DNA of 64,000 nt from Schmidtea polychroa (GCA_044892525.1 CM097885.1:200136001-200200000); one strand, 5' to 3'. Positions 47,057 through 60,452 are shown, counted from the first letter of the stretch. Notes: a model not told the origin generated them from the letters alone. A program made the numbers and translations.

Positions 47057-50000
47057 AGTCCCACAGCCAATATTGAATGGAATTGCGACTAAATGAATTT
47101 TCAGCATGTCATCCAATTCAGGTCAGATAGTGGATAATAAATAAACAAACACTTTAATCGATTGTTTCATTTCGATTTCATTTTTATAATGAATTTAATA
47201 ATGAATATAATAATGAATTTGTGAGCAATATGGACAATTATCCTAGTTGTATAGCTCATTGGTCATTGATGATTGAAGGGTTATACGAGTGTAACTAGAG
47301 AATAGTTTATTCTATTTAACTGCATAATGAATGTGTGATATAAACTTACCGACCACAATCAATGAATGATAGATATTAACCGATGTGAAAATGTAGCAAG
47401 AACATACAATGGATTGAATTGTAAAATAATCATAACTGGCCAATTAAAATCGACTAAGCCTCTAGGCGTTGCACTTTTGTACACGATACAGCAATTGCAT
47501 ATCATATCATTCGAGGCGGTCAATTAACGAGATAATAGTATATCAATTCCATTTGTTCAATGGCAATCTCAATATCTCAATTAGACTAATACTAAATATT
47601 CAATCACAATCGCAAACGCACAGAGACACTTTCTAATTCGATGGAATATTTGGCTCAGAGATTCATTTTTTTAAAAATCGATTAAGGCACTTCATTGTGA
47701 GTAAGATAGANNNNNNNNNNNNNNNNNNNNNNNNNNNNNNNNNNNNNNNNNNNNNNNNNNNNNNNNNNNNNNNNNNNNNNNNNNNNNNNNNNNNNNNNNN
47801 NNNNNNNNNNNNNNNNNNNNNNNNNNNNNNNNNNNNNNNNNNNNNNNNNNNNNNNNNNNNNNNNNNNNNNNNNNNNNNNNNNNNNNNNNNNNNNNNNNNN
47901 NNNNNNNNNNNNNNNNNNNNNNNNNNNNNNNNNNNNNNNNNNNNNNNNNNNNNNNNNNNNNNNNNNNNNNNNNNNNNNNNNNNNNNNNNNNNNNNNNNNN
48001 NNNNNNNNNNNNNNNNNNNNNNNNNNNNNNNNNNNNNNNNNNNNNNNNNNNNNNNNNNNNNNNNNNNNNNNNNNNNNNNNNNNNNNNNNNNNNNNNNNNN
48101 NNNNNNNNNNNNNNNNNNNNNNNNNNNNNNNNNNNNNNNNNNNNNNNNNNNNNNNTGTTGCTGGTGCTTCAATTCGTGTTTGTCGCGTCCTTGTGGAGCA
48201 AATTGATTAGGTGACGTACATGTTTCAGCAAGGCCACTTGTTTGTTTACTCTCCGCGCTTACTGGGCGCCATGAAACTGCTTTCCTAGTACCATTTTCAG
48301 TGATTTCTTCTCTCACATAATCGTTTGGCATGTGCAGTAACCATTGGGTCTGTGTGGATCTCGGTTTGGCAGGTTCATCATTGGTGGCAAACGATGTCGA
48401 TGATGGTGGAATTTCCACATCTTCATCCTCGTCTTCCATGTCAGCCATGTGTCCATCTTCTTGTTGCTGTTGCTGTTCATGGAGACGTCGCTTTCTATCG
48501 ACAACAATCGGGGCGTGTCGATAGAAATATCCAGTCCGGTGACCAGCTGCATCAAGTGTTCGCATTAATGATTCAAATTGCAGTTCTATAGTTTGGTCTT
48601 CGATTTCATGTTCTATTTCTTCATCATTTGCCAGTAAGAGATTTACAGATCCTACACTGGATGCAAGCCGAACCTGAGTTTCACAAGCATGAACTGCGAG
48701 ACCGGCAAAAAACCAGGCTTCTTCAACTGTTTTCCCTCGAGCTAGAAGGCCTTGGTTACGAACCAAAATACATTTTCTATCTCCAATTGCCTCAGTAAGA
48801 GTCGATTGTTCCACACTTAGACGCTCTCCGGGACCTACGTTTACACTAGCTGATCCCCATTCATATATTGGTACATTTCCTAGCTTAACAGCTTCTTCAC
48901 AGACTTTTATCAACCCAGAACGCATACAAGATACCTAGAAATAATTGTCCATATGACAAAAGAGAAATAATAACTCACAGCTACAACTGCTGGTGTCCTT
49001 ACATGTACAACACATTTGAATCCGGGATCTGCCTGATGAATGGATGCATGCAGTACCCAAGATGCTAAATCTATACGGCCATGGGCATTAAGTACCTGAC
49101 CTATTATTGAAAATATGATGCTTTTAATTAAATTAATTAAATCTTATTTTTATAAAAAACAAATCAAAAATTTTTAAAAATATTATAGAAATAATAAATA
49201 ATATTTTTTATATTTAATTATTTTTAAAATTTATTTAAAATAAAATTTGTTATTTTTATTAATTAAATGTGTTAAATTTCTAAAAAATATTTAAAAATTT
49301 ATTCATTTATAATTTTATAAAAAAATTAAAAATTATATTGAATTTTTAAAAATGAAAATTTGAGAAATTATTTATTTAAAACTCTATAAGAGGTTTAATT
49401 GTCGTAAGATCAGTAAAAAATGATTTTAAATTATAAAAAAAAGAAATAAATAATCAAAATATTGAAAAATTTTCAATATTCACATTTGCACACTGTGCAA
49501 ACATGAAATAATCAATATAAATAGATTGACTCATCAGATTACAAAAAACTGATTCCACATTGATCAACACTATCATTATAAATACATAATCATGACACAA
49601 AAATAATAATAAATTTTCGACCAATCAAATTAATTTATCCACAGATATAATTCGATCGATAATATCAGATAAATTTGTTACTAAAAATAGTAACCTTAAT
49701 TTTATTGTTTTAAAAATGCCAATCGAAAGCGATTTTCACATAGCTTTACTCAAATAGGCGAAAAAAGGATATATTTTATTAAAAAAAAACTATTTATATT
49801 TTCTTTTACAGCTAGTAATAAAAATAAGACAATATTTTACCTTTTAGATTAACTTTAACAAGATTGCTTGCAGTAATTTCATGATTCATAAGTCCATGAC
49901 AGTTAGTTAAAAATTCATCTAATTCACGATTGATTCTTATAGATGCATGAAGCATCATTCCACTTGCCCACCCGTGGAAGTCAATCAATCTATATACTGA

Positions 50001-50516
50001 AGCCAATTTGCAACGAAATAATTTCTCTGGTTTGCTAACATCTTTGTCAGTTATCTTTATATCACTAATTGGAATAATAGGCATTGTTGCTCCTGAGATT
50101 TATAAAATAAATTAAAACATAATTTTTAGTAAATGGTTAACCTCGATTAAATACAGAGCATCCTAATCTTGCTTGAGGGTGAAGAAAATTTGAAATTTCT
50201 TGCAATGCTGCAGCAGCATTTGATTCGCTAGTAGATCCAGCTAGACCTCCACATGTTGCTCCCTCATCAAATTGTTGGTCTAAAATCTTATTTAATTCCC
50301 GATGAAACGCTTCTGAGTGCAAAATTCTAGACACCCTTTGTCGTTGTTCCATTAATTTGACATCTTCTTTAATTTCTGCTGGTCTCAATAACTGTCGCTG
50401 ATACTCTTCATTTTCAGTATCTAATTTAAGTGTTAAATAATATTACAATTATAGGTTATATATTCACCATATAAATCGTAATTTTCATCATTCTTCTTAC
50501 CCTCTACACTAGGCAT
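39255..50516 (-). CDS. ADD1: Adducin (hu li tai shao-like), multi-exon, partly in a gap
   Basis: Exons 50516-50468, 50420-50142 (EYQRQLLRPAEIKEDVKLMEQRQRV), 50092-49841 (KLASVYRLIDFHGW), 49100-48979, 48934-gap (LVRNQGLLARGKTVEEAW, PNQFAPQG), ~45975-45589 (SPNPFDRVTDDDL), 39643-39575, 39483-39389, 39344-39255 (MARCKS-like KKKKKKLKEMFSFRKSK). Confidence 0.9.
41728..41869. other. Assembly gap (N run)
   Basis: Run of N. Confidence 0.99.
42063..45325 (+). mobile_element. Full-length hAT transposon (3,263 bp) in an adducin intron, antisense to the host gene
   Basis: 12-bp TIR CAGTGCCGTAGC; exact 8-bp TSD AATTGGTG; complete transposase frame inside. Confidence 0.96.
42684..45119 (+). pseudogene. 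hAT (ZMYM1-like) transposase, one frame with two TAG stops
   Basis: Track ORFs 42684, 43257 and 44019 share a frame. TTF zinc finger (WLEYSKIRDAAFCFPC), CDGTKD, QCYDGASV, HCFNHQLHLVV, QRWEG, CESSFSTL. Stops at 43209-43211 and 43992-43994. Confidence 0.92.
46104..46383. mobile_element. Possible non-autonomous Helitron-like element (~280 bp)
   Basis: Starts ACTAGGGGCTTCGCTTCGC, has hairpin AACCCC...GGGGTT and ends TTTATATATAGAGAT, termini resembling invertebrate non-autonomous Helitrons; sits in an (ATT)n tract. Confidence 0.4.
47711..48155. other. Assembly gap inside adducin
   Basis: Run of N. Confidence 0.99.
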
Positions 50517-51305
50517 CTGTAATTCTAATATGTTATGAATATCACCAGATAAATTTTATATAGTAATTGATATTGCAAATACAAGTATAATTATGACATA
50601 TAAGTAAATGATTTATTTATTAATATATTGTGAAAAGTGTGTGCAAATTTACACACTTTATAAATATTACACATTAAAATTTATTATACTAAAATTAATA
50701 TTTACTCTGTTATTGAGGATTTGCGAATTAACTTATGAATTTTTAACTTGTCCTTAAGTAAATTTATAAAAATTTACACTTGAAATTTACAGAATTATAA
50801 GAACTACAAAATAACTAAAAATAAATTGAATAACTAAAACAAATATTGAAAATATATATATATATATATATCAATTGAAAATGTTATAAACCTTTCAGAT
50901 TTGTCTAAAAACTATTAAATTTTTTATAACATTGACTTATATAGCTTTCAAATCGTCAAGGAATTAGCAAAAAAGTTTATAAATTTACAAACAAATGTGT
51001 TTGTGAATAGTCATATTTGTTATCATCTTTTTAGAATAAAACATGAAGTAACTCCACTTTTGAAAATAAATAAAATTATAAATAACTTAACCAAGAACCA
51101 TGAATCGGAACTCCGAATTAACTTAAAATTAAATATTAACCAACAGCAAATATTAAATTATTAATTGATTTAAAAAGATTACAAAGAATTTTCCATATAA
51201 AAGTTTTATTTATTTTTATTATAAATGAACACTCAAGACTTATTAATTACTAATATTAGTAAAAATCATGAACGCTTTCAATATCTAAATGCAAACAAAT
51301 ATATT

Positions 51306-54300
51306 TTAATCAAATTTCACGGAATTATTCTGCATGCTAATGGGACCGCCAATACAGCTTGATCGTTTCCTTTTGTTCTTTTCTTGTTTAAATGATTTAC
51401 CTTGTGTGTGCTTCAAGCTTTGATATGCTTTATTTCCACAAAGCAAATTAGAGTTTGTCTTAATAAAATGTAAATAAATATTTATGGATAAAAACTTACA
51501 ATATTAGTAAATGAATTACTGTCTTTAACTCTATCAATAAAATCTTCATCTCTGATACGTCGAAATGGAGAACTTCGTCGCTTAGGAACAATTTTCTTTT
51601 CGACTGGTGTAGAATGCATTAAAATGTCGTCCAATTTCATTTTCTTTTTAACATTTCCTTCAATTTCTTCATGTTTACGCTTAACAATTTTTTTCGAATT
51701 CAATTCAGAACTTTCATTTAATTTCATTTTCTTAGGGGACAGTGATCGAGAATCACAATCACCAGCCCGTTTCCTCTGATTACTGTTATCTGACATTTTC
51801 TGGACCGCTTTATTAATAACAGGTTTTAATTGAGTCTTTTCTTTTTCTTCGCTAGATGAATCTTCGTCAGAAGATGATTCTTCTTTCTTTGTTGCAGCAG
51901 CTACAACAGTTTTAGCTGGAGCTTTCTCTTCCTCCTCTTCACTAGATGAATCTTCATCAGAAGATGATTCTTCTTTCTTTGCCGCAACAATAACAGATTT
52001 AACTGGAGCTTTTTCTTCCTCTTCACTAGATGAATCGTCATCAGAAGATGATTCTTCTTTCTTTGATGCAGCAGCTACAATAGTTTTAACTGGAGCTTTC
52101 TCTTCCTCCTCTTCACTAGATGAATCGTCATCAGAAGATGATTCTTCTTTCTTTGTTGCAGCAGCTACAATAGTTTTAACTGGAGCTTTCTCTTCCTCCT
52201 CTTCACTAGATGAATCGTCATCAGAAGATGATTCTTCTTTCTTTGCCGCAGCAGCTACAATAGTTTTAACTGGAGCTTTCTCTTCTTCCTCTTCACTAGA
52301 TGAATCTTCGTCAGAAGATGATTCTTCTTTCTTTGATGCAGCAGCTACAATAGTTTTAACTGGAGCTTTCTCTTCCTCCTCTTCACTAGATGAATCGTCA
52401 TCAGAAGATGATTCTTCTTTCTTTGTTGCAGCAGCTACAATAGTTTTAACTGGAGCTTTCTCTTCTTCCTCTTCACTAGATGAATCTTCGTCAGAAGATG
52501 ATTCTTCTTTCTTTGTTGCAGCAGCTACAACAGATTTAACTGGAGCTTTCTCTTCTTCCTCTTCACTAGATGAATCGTCATCAGAAGATGATTCCTCTTT
52601 CTTTGATGCAGCAGCTACAACAGGTTTAACTGGAGCTTTCTCTTCCTCCTCTTCACTAGATGAATCCTCATCAGAAGATGATTCTTCTTTCTTTGCCGCA
52701 ACAATAACAGATTTAACTGGAGCTTTTTCTTCCTCTTCACTAGATGAATCGTCATCAGAAGATGATTCTTCTTTCTTTGCCGCAGCAGCTACAATAGTTT
52801 TAACTGGAGCTTTCTCTTCCTCCTCTTCACTAGATGAATCGTCATCAGAAGATGATTCTTCTTTCTTTGTTGCAGCAGCTGCAATAGTTTTAACTGGAGC
52901 TTTCTCTTCTTCCTCTTCACTAGATGAATCTTCGTCAGAAGATGATTCTTCTTTCTTTGTTGCAGCAGCTACAACAGATTTAACTGGAGCTTTCTCTTCC
53001 TCCTCTTCACTAGATGAATCGTCATCAGAAGATGATTCTTCTTTCTTTGATGCAGCAGCTACAACAGATTTAACTGGAGCTTTCTCTTCTTCCTCTTCAC
53101 TAGATGAATCTTCGTCAGAAGATGATTCTTCTTTCTTTGATGCAGCAGCTACAATAGTTTTAACTGGAGCTTTCTCTTCCTCCTCTTCACTAGATGAATC
53201 TTCGTCAGAAGATGATTCTTCTTTCTTTGTTGCAGCAGCTACAATAGTTTGAACTGGAGCTTTCTCTTCCTCCTCTTCACTAGATGAATCTTCGTCAGAA
53301 GATGATTCTTCTTTCTTTGATGCAGCAGCTACAATAGTTTTAACTGGAGCTTTCTCTTCTTCCTCTTCACTAGATGAATCGTCATCAGAAGATGATTCCT
53401 CTTTCTTTGTTGTAGCAGCTGCAATAGTTTTAACTGGAACTTTCTCTTCCTCCTCTTCACTAGATGAATCTTCATCAGAAGATGATTCTTCTTTCTTTGC
53501 CGCAACAATAACAGATTTAACTGGAGCTTTTTCTTCCTCTTCACTAGATGAATCGTCATCAGAAGATGATTCTTCTTTCTTTGCCGCAGCAGCTACAATA
53601 GTTTTAACTGGAGCTTTCTCTTCTTCCTCTTCACTAGATGAATCTTCGTCAGAAGATGATTCTTCTTTCTTTGTTGCAGCAGCTACAACAGATTTAACTG
53701 GAGCTTTCTCTTCCTCCTCTTCACTAGATGAATCTTCATCAGAAGATGATTCTTCTTTCTTTGCCGCAACAATAACAGATTTAACTGGAGCTTTTTCTTC
53801 CTCTTCACTAGATGAATCGTCATCAGAAGATGATTCTTCTTTCTTTGCCGCAACAATAACAGATTTAACTGGAGCTTTTTCTTCCTCTTCACTAGATGAA
53901 TCTTCGTCAGAAGATGATTCTTCTTTCTTTGTTGCAGCAGCTACAACAGATTTAACTGGAGCTTTCTCTTCTTCCTCTTCACTAGATGAATCTTCGTCAG
54001 AAGATGATTCTTCTTTCTTTGTTGCAGCAGCTACAATAGTTTGAACTGGAGCTTTCTCTTCCTCCTCTTCACTAGATGAATCTTCGTCAGAAGATGATTC
54101 TTCTTTCTTTGTTGCAGCAGCTACAATAGTTTTAACTGGAGCTTTCTCTTCTTCCTCTTCACTAGATGAATCGTCATCAGAAGATGATTCCTCTTTCTTT
54201 GTTGTAGCAGCTGCAATAGTTTTAACTGGAACTTTCTCTTCCTCCTCTTCACTAGATGAATCTTCATCAGAAGATGATTCTTCTTTCTTTGCCGCAACAA

Positions 54301-55348
54301 TAACAGATTTAACTGGAGCTTTTTCTTCCTCTTCACTAGATGAATCTTCGTCAGAAGATGATTCTTCTTTCTTTGTTGCAGCAGCTACAACAGATTTAAC
54401 TGGAGCTTTCTCTTCTTCCTCTTCACTAGATGAATCTTCGTCAGAAGATGATTCTTCTTTCTTTGTTGCAGCAGCTACAATAGTTTGAACTGGAGCTTTC
54501 TCTTCCTCCTCTTCACTAGATGAATCGTCATCAGAAGATGATTCCTCTTTCTTTGATGCAGCAGCTACAACAGGTTTAACTGGAGCTTTCTCTTCTTCCT
54601 CTTCACTAGATGAATCTTCGTCAGAAGATGATTCTTCTTTCTTTGATGCAGCAGCTACAATAGTTTTAACTGGAGCTTTCTCTTCTTCCTCTTCACTAGA
54701 TGAATCGTCATCAGTGGATGATTCCTCTTTCTTTGTTGTAGCAGCTGCAATAGTTTTAACTGGAACTTTCTCTTCCTCCTCTTCACTAGATGAATCTTCA
54801 TCAGAAGATGATTCTTCTTTCTTTGCCGCAACAATAACAGATTTAACTGGAGCTTTTTCTTCCTCTTCACTAGATGAATCTTCGTCAGAAGATGATTCTT
54901 CTTTCTTTGTTGCAGCAGCTACAACAGATTTAACTGGAGCTTTCTCTTCTTCGCTTGAAGAATCATCAAAATCAGGAGATTTTTCTGTTGTTCCTCTGAC
55001 TATAGATTTTTTTGGATATTTTTCATATTCTTCACTACATGAATCGTCAGATGTTTCTACTTTCTTTGGAATGTTAGTAAACGCTTTTGCTATTACATTT
55101 TCTTTGGTTAATTTACTTTTTTTTGTAGGATTTTGATCTTTAACTAAATGAATTTATTAGTTTTATAAAAATATGTTTTAATTATACCTTTTAATTTTTT
55201 ATTAGTTATACCATTTTGTATTAATTTTTGCTTGGGTTGTGGTTTGTTATTCTGTAACTATATAATTCAAATAAATATATATTTATAGAAATAATTAATT
55301 TTATAGCTTAACGAATTGATTTAAGATTACCTTAGTATTTAAAACCAT
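51306..55348 (-). CDS. NOLC1: Nucleolar phosphoprotein Nopp140/NOLC1 (SRP40 family), ~1,300 aa
   Basis: Alternating acidic-Ser and Lys/Ala/Pro repeats. C-terminal SRP40 domain SSPFRRIRDED..NSF, a 41-nt intron, then GNKAYQSLKHTQGKSFKQEKNKRKRSSCIGGPISMQNNSVKFD*. 5' exons (MVLNTK; LQNNKPQ...) are less certain. Confidence 0.9.
51845..54965 (-). repeat. Coding tandem array, ~36 units of 90 bp or 84 bp
   Basis: CTAGATGAATC recurs 35 times at 90- or 84-bp spacing plus one degenerate unit; unit KKEESSSDEDSSSEEEEEKAPVKTIVAAAT. Confidence 0.95.
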
Positions 55349-56940
55349 TTTCACGTTTAAATGATTTTGTAATTCTCAATATTTAAACAAAAACAGATTT
55401 AGCCTTCTTGAATTATATTAATTTTAATATTTGCTTGACGTTAAATTTAAAAAAACCTCATTAATTTACATTTGATTGAAATATATTATATTAACTATAA
55501 ACTATAAATTTTAAAATTTTAAGGTATTAAAAAGTATTAAGGTATTAGGGTATAAAAATTTTAAGGTATTAAGTTTGAACACTTAAAAATTAAAAGAAAA
55601 ATTTTCCATCTGTAATAATATATTTTAAATAAATTTAAGTTAATCGCATTTTTTATTTATTTTTTAAAATTTTGGCCAGGTTTTTATTTATTTCGAGTAG
55701 TTTGTATGGGCCGTCGTTCTTTGATTTGAAACCTTTTGTGAATAGTTTTTTACTAAGACAGTCTGTAGTTAAAATTGTTTTACCACGTGTTTTACTTTTT
55801 TGACATCCTTTTGATTTGAATTTACTATTTTCAGTTACTATTTGTTTTGTTGTTTTTTTGTTGTTTTCGATCCTTGTGCAAAATTTTCGAAAATAATATT
55901 AGAAAACATCCAGTAATCAGGACCATAATTAAATTAATAAATGATTGACAATAAAATAAGAAAAGGATCGATAATAAACAGTGATGTAAGACTTTCTATC
56001 GGCAGTCCAGAACCCGAAAATTAAAATACAATGAGAAGTAGTTTTAGTAGTAGAGCTCACCTGCTCATTGACTTTCAGCCATTGTGTACATCATCAACAT
56101 GGTTATTACCATGGGTACACAGATGGTATAAAGTAAATAAGTGATGAAGGTGTTTGGGAAAGAGTCAATACAAAATCCATAAGTACCCCTAGAACATTTA
56201 AATGACACATCCCCTATGCGCCAACAAATATAAGTACTACAATTAATGAACCTTTTAATATGGCGATAGGTAATAATATCACGATAAGCAATAATATTGA
56301 TGAAGAATTAGCTATGATTGAAGATACTATGTCCTTGGATTCATGGGACGGATCAATGGATTAATATATGTTTGTGAATATAGGTGGAAGTTTACATACA
56401 GTTAGTTCAAAGTCATTTACGAGGTGCCCATCAAATATTAAGTATTAACAAAACTGAGTTAAATATTAAAAAAATAGTATTTCCAATTTAATAAATAAAT
56501 TAAGAGAAATTATTATTGAATTAATTTATGTAAACATTCAATTCAGAATTTCAATTGAGTTTGAAAAGGATGGGGCAATAATATTTCCAACACAGCAAAA
56601 TCGCTAATTGATCCGTTTTCTGGTGTGGGAATAAAGGAATTGAATTAAAAATTGCATTAAAAAAATTATTATATTGTTATTATTATTATTAATATATATA
56701 GTCCGAGTTTATCAGTCAAGATATTTACTGATCGCAAGGGTACTGGTCACACGTATAATTATTATTATTATTATTATTATTACTATTATCTGACATTTTT
56801 ATCATCTACAAGAAAAGGAATCAACTAGGAACAACTCTTTACACCTTCTCTGAAAATAAACTCATAAACTTTACAGATTGGTCAAAAAACTGTTACTTCA
56901 CAATTGGTGGGTTACTGATGATCAAATATTTTGCTCTTTA

Positions 56941-57138
56941 GTGCTGTTTCTAGCGTAACCCAGAATACAACATCGTTTTACCGCTTGATACCCGTTAAAT
57001 AATCAACGTTGGTACTGTATCAAGGGTTTGAGTACTAGCAAAAAGTGAGCATGCTTAACATACTATAATTGTCTAGCACCCACTGGGGTTCACGGACTGC
57101 CGATAGAAGGCTTGCGTCCGATTTTGTTCTGGTCCCTT
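56941..57138 (-). repeat. Second copy of the 24524-24720 repeat
   Basis: Co-linear similarity over ~200 bp. Confidence 0.8.
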
Positions 57139-57849
57139 AATAAAATTGTTTTCCAAAAATCTAGAAACTCTCTCACCATCTCATCAGACTGATATCAAAC
57201 AACCCCGCGAAATTAAACAATTTTATTGATACCCTTATATACTCACTATACGCTTATGTACCTTCCTGTGCGTCCCCATACGAAAACCTAATTGTTTATG
57301 ACATAAAAATACAAGTTAAAAACTGATGATAACGGTGGTTCCTAATTTAATCTATGCTCCGCCAATAAAAATGTATTCTACACTCTAATAAAAAATTTAC
57401 TCTATTGAAATATTCTCAATTTGCTTTTTTGTTTTTGTTTTTTTTTACCTTGTTTAGGTTCGGAATTTCCTTAAACCCAAAAAAAAATTTATTAATTATG
57501 GGAGTTCATTAAATATTAACCTGTGTTTATCTATGGCAACAGGATTACAAGTAAATATATTTGTTTCAAATTTATTTATTTTATATATTATAATTATTAT
57601 ATTTAAATTTATTAAATTTATTAGCCGAGTAAATTAGGCTTACAGTCGTAGGTAAGTTGTTGCAATCCAACATGGATTCTCTCCTTACCCGTCTGGCAAG
57701 TCTTATTCTACCGGAATATTCAGCTTTTTTTTCTTTAGGTTCTTTATATTAACTTGTAACATAATGGTCGATCTTGCATTATGAGGTAATTTTTTATGAT
57801 ACAATATTTTATGATCTTAAGGATTACACTAAATCTCCTTTTAAATCGC

Positions 57850-58170
57850 AAATAAGCTGCTAACTTGGCCTCGTAAAATGGATATGCCGATGATTTGCTG
57901 ATGCTACTTTTGGGACAATATAAATGACATCGCAACAATAGCGGAATTGGTTGAAGGATCAAAACTGAGGGACATTATGAAATGTTTGGTTGAGTTTTTT
58001 ATTAAATATAATATGCCTTTCTTTGGATCATTATTATTATTATTGTTGAAAATGTTCAGATTTCGGATTTGGGGTTATGATTGATTGATGTATATATTGT
58101 TATTGACGTATGTAGGGGTGATATAGATAGCAGGGTGAGGGGTATTACCAAATTTGGGTTGATTGCGCAT
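57850..58170 (-). repeat. Second copy of the 13680-14010 repeat
   Basis: Co-linear similarity over ~320 bp. Confidence 0.7.
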
Positions 58171-58669
58171 TTTATAAATTTGGAAAACTAATCTAACAAC
58201 TTCGTATTAATGACCTTGATGTAGATTCCGATTTTAATATATCGATGGAAATTTTTATAATTTTGCAAAATCATTGTATATCAGAGTTATATTGAAAATC
58301 TTAATGTTGGGGGTGGCATGAAAGGAAAATTCTAAACTAAAGTTTACCAGTAGAATAGGTATATATGTAATTTAGGTGAACAATCGTTAACACTATTTCT
58401 TTGCCCTTATATGATTTGAGGGGTCATACACACATACATATATATATATATATATACACATACATATATACACACATATCTATACATATCTATATATTTA
58501 ATTTAAATTATTAATAGTGTCGTCGTTTTCGGGGGGGGGGGCTGTTACTAAAAATAGATTTTAGTGGTTTTCTAAAATTTTATTGGAAGATAGGGTCATT
58601 GAAACTAAATTTAGAGGTAGGGGAATCCCAAAATCAATAATTTAGTTTATAATTTCATTTTTATAAAAT

Positions 58670-58885
58670 NNNNNNNNNNNNNNNNNNNNNNNNNNNNNNN
58701 NNNNNNNNNNNNNNNNNNNNNNNNNNNNNNNNNNNNNNNNNNNNNNNNNNNNNNNNNNNNNNNNNNNNNNNNNNNNNNNNNNNNNNNNNNNNNNNNNNNN
58801 NNNNNNNNNNNNNNNNNNNNNNNNNNNNNNNNNNNNNNNNNNNNNNNNNNNNNNNNNNNNNNNNNNNNNNNNNNNNNNNNNNNNN
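58670..58885. other. Assembly gap (N run)
   Basis: Run of N. Confidence 0.99.
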
Positions 58886-58949
58886 ATAACAATGTTAATA
58901 ATGTTAATAATGATAATAAATGTAAGTTTATATGTTTACAAGATTACCA

Positions 58950-60452
58950 CATATGGGGGGAGGGCTCATTACGAAAAATTATGAATTTGTATTTTTAAAT
59001 GAAATATAATTTAACTGTCTATGAATATGATATAATTCAGTATACCTACATAATAGTTAATGGCTACATGATTTGAGGGGGGTCGGTTAAATAAAAAATA
59101 CAAGTTATATTTTTAAAGGTAATATAAGTTGACTATATCTGCAAACAAATTAAATTAGTACTTTTGGGTAATCATTATTGACTATATGATCTGAGGGGGG
59201 TCATTTATGAAATTTTACAACTTATATTTTTTATTATAATGTAAGTTAAATATATATTAAAATAAGCCAATTTAGTATGTATAAGTTTGAGGGGGCGGGG
59301 TCATGTGTGAACATTTACAATTTACATTTTTAAATATAATATAAGTTAAATATATATTAAAAATAAGTCAATTTAGTATATTTAAGTAATGGACAATGAA
59401 TGTATAATTTTGAGGGGGTCAGTTATGAACATTTCCAATTTAGAATTTTAAATATACTATAAGTTAAATATATATTAAAATAAGTTAATTTAGGATATGC
59501 AATGGATAATGAATGTATAATTCGGAGGGGGTCATTTATGAACATTTACAATTTATATTTTAAAATATACTGTAAGTTAAATATATATTAAGATAAGCTA
59601 ATTTAGTATATTTAGGTGGTAGTTGATGACTATATGGTTTATGGGGGGGTCTTTAATGAAAAATTTTCCACTATGATTTTAAAGGTAATATAAGTTAAGT
59701 ATATATATAAAATAGTTTAAGTTAATGCTTTAAGGGAGTGGTTAATGGTTATATGATTTAAGGGAAAGTTATTTATGGAAAAATTATAAATTATAGTTTT
59801 ATAAATTTGGTATCTGTTCATATATATGTTAATTTATATTGTTTTCGACTATTCGGTAACTTAGGGGGTAGTTAGGGAAAGTTTAATAATTTATAATTTT
59901 ATGGATTTATTTTCAATTTATAAGTAAGTTAAATCGGCACTCTTGACATAAATTTGAGCTACCATACTACTTGAGGGAGGCATCTGTGAAAAAGGTAAAC
60001 CATACTTTTATAAGTTCTAATATGCTTATATATGCTTTATATTATTAACATTAGACCCCTTTTGATTATTATATAACTTAGGGGGGTACTAATGAAAGAT
60101 TACAAATTATACTTTATAAGTTCAAAATTTGCAATTATAGTTTGGAATATTTCTTTGAACATGTGTTTTGGCTATTATACAACCTGAGTGGGTATTTAGG
60201 GAAAATTTTATAAATTATAGTTTTATGAGTTTATTATACATGTATGTATTTTAGATTAATATTTTTAACATTGATTTTGACTATTATACAATTTGAGGAA
60301 AAAAAAATAAAAATTTTCTTAGAAAATTAAAATACATACTCAAGAGAATCTAGTATATATATAACTTATATTAATAATCCTAAGGTTTTTCTTATTGCTA
60401 CACCTCTTAGGGGTGGGACAGTTGTACTTGAAAGTCTATATTTTCCTTGGTT
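58950..60452 (+). repeat. Degenerate ~110-120-bp minisatellite (~13 units) ending in the 139-bp block shared with 27735-27873
   Basis: Recurrent TGAGGGGG-TCATTTATGAA-ATTT and TATAAGTTAAATATAT motifs at regular spacing. Confidence 0.75.

Noticed and set aside
51845-54965. CRISPR-like or non-coding satellite; ORF-track entries 53329-55136
   Set aside because: Eukaryotic context, no unique spacers; it is an in-frame Nopp140 exon and the listed ORFs are alternative-frame shadows.
57180-57187. CTGATGAG hammerhead-core motif on the minus strand
   Set aside because: No stem II or properly placed GAAAC, and absent from the other copy of the repeat.
58950-60300. G-quadruplex array from repeated G runs
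   Set aside because: Runs are about 115 bp apart, too far for intramolecular G4.
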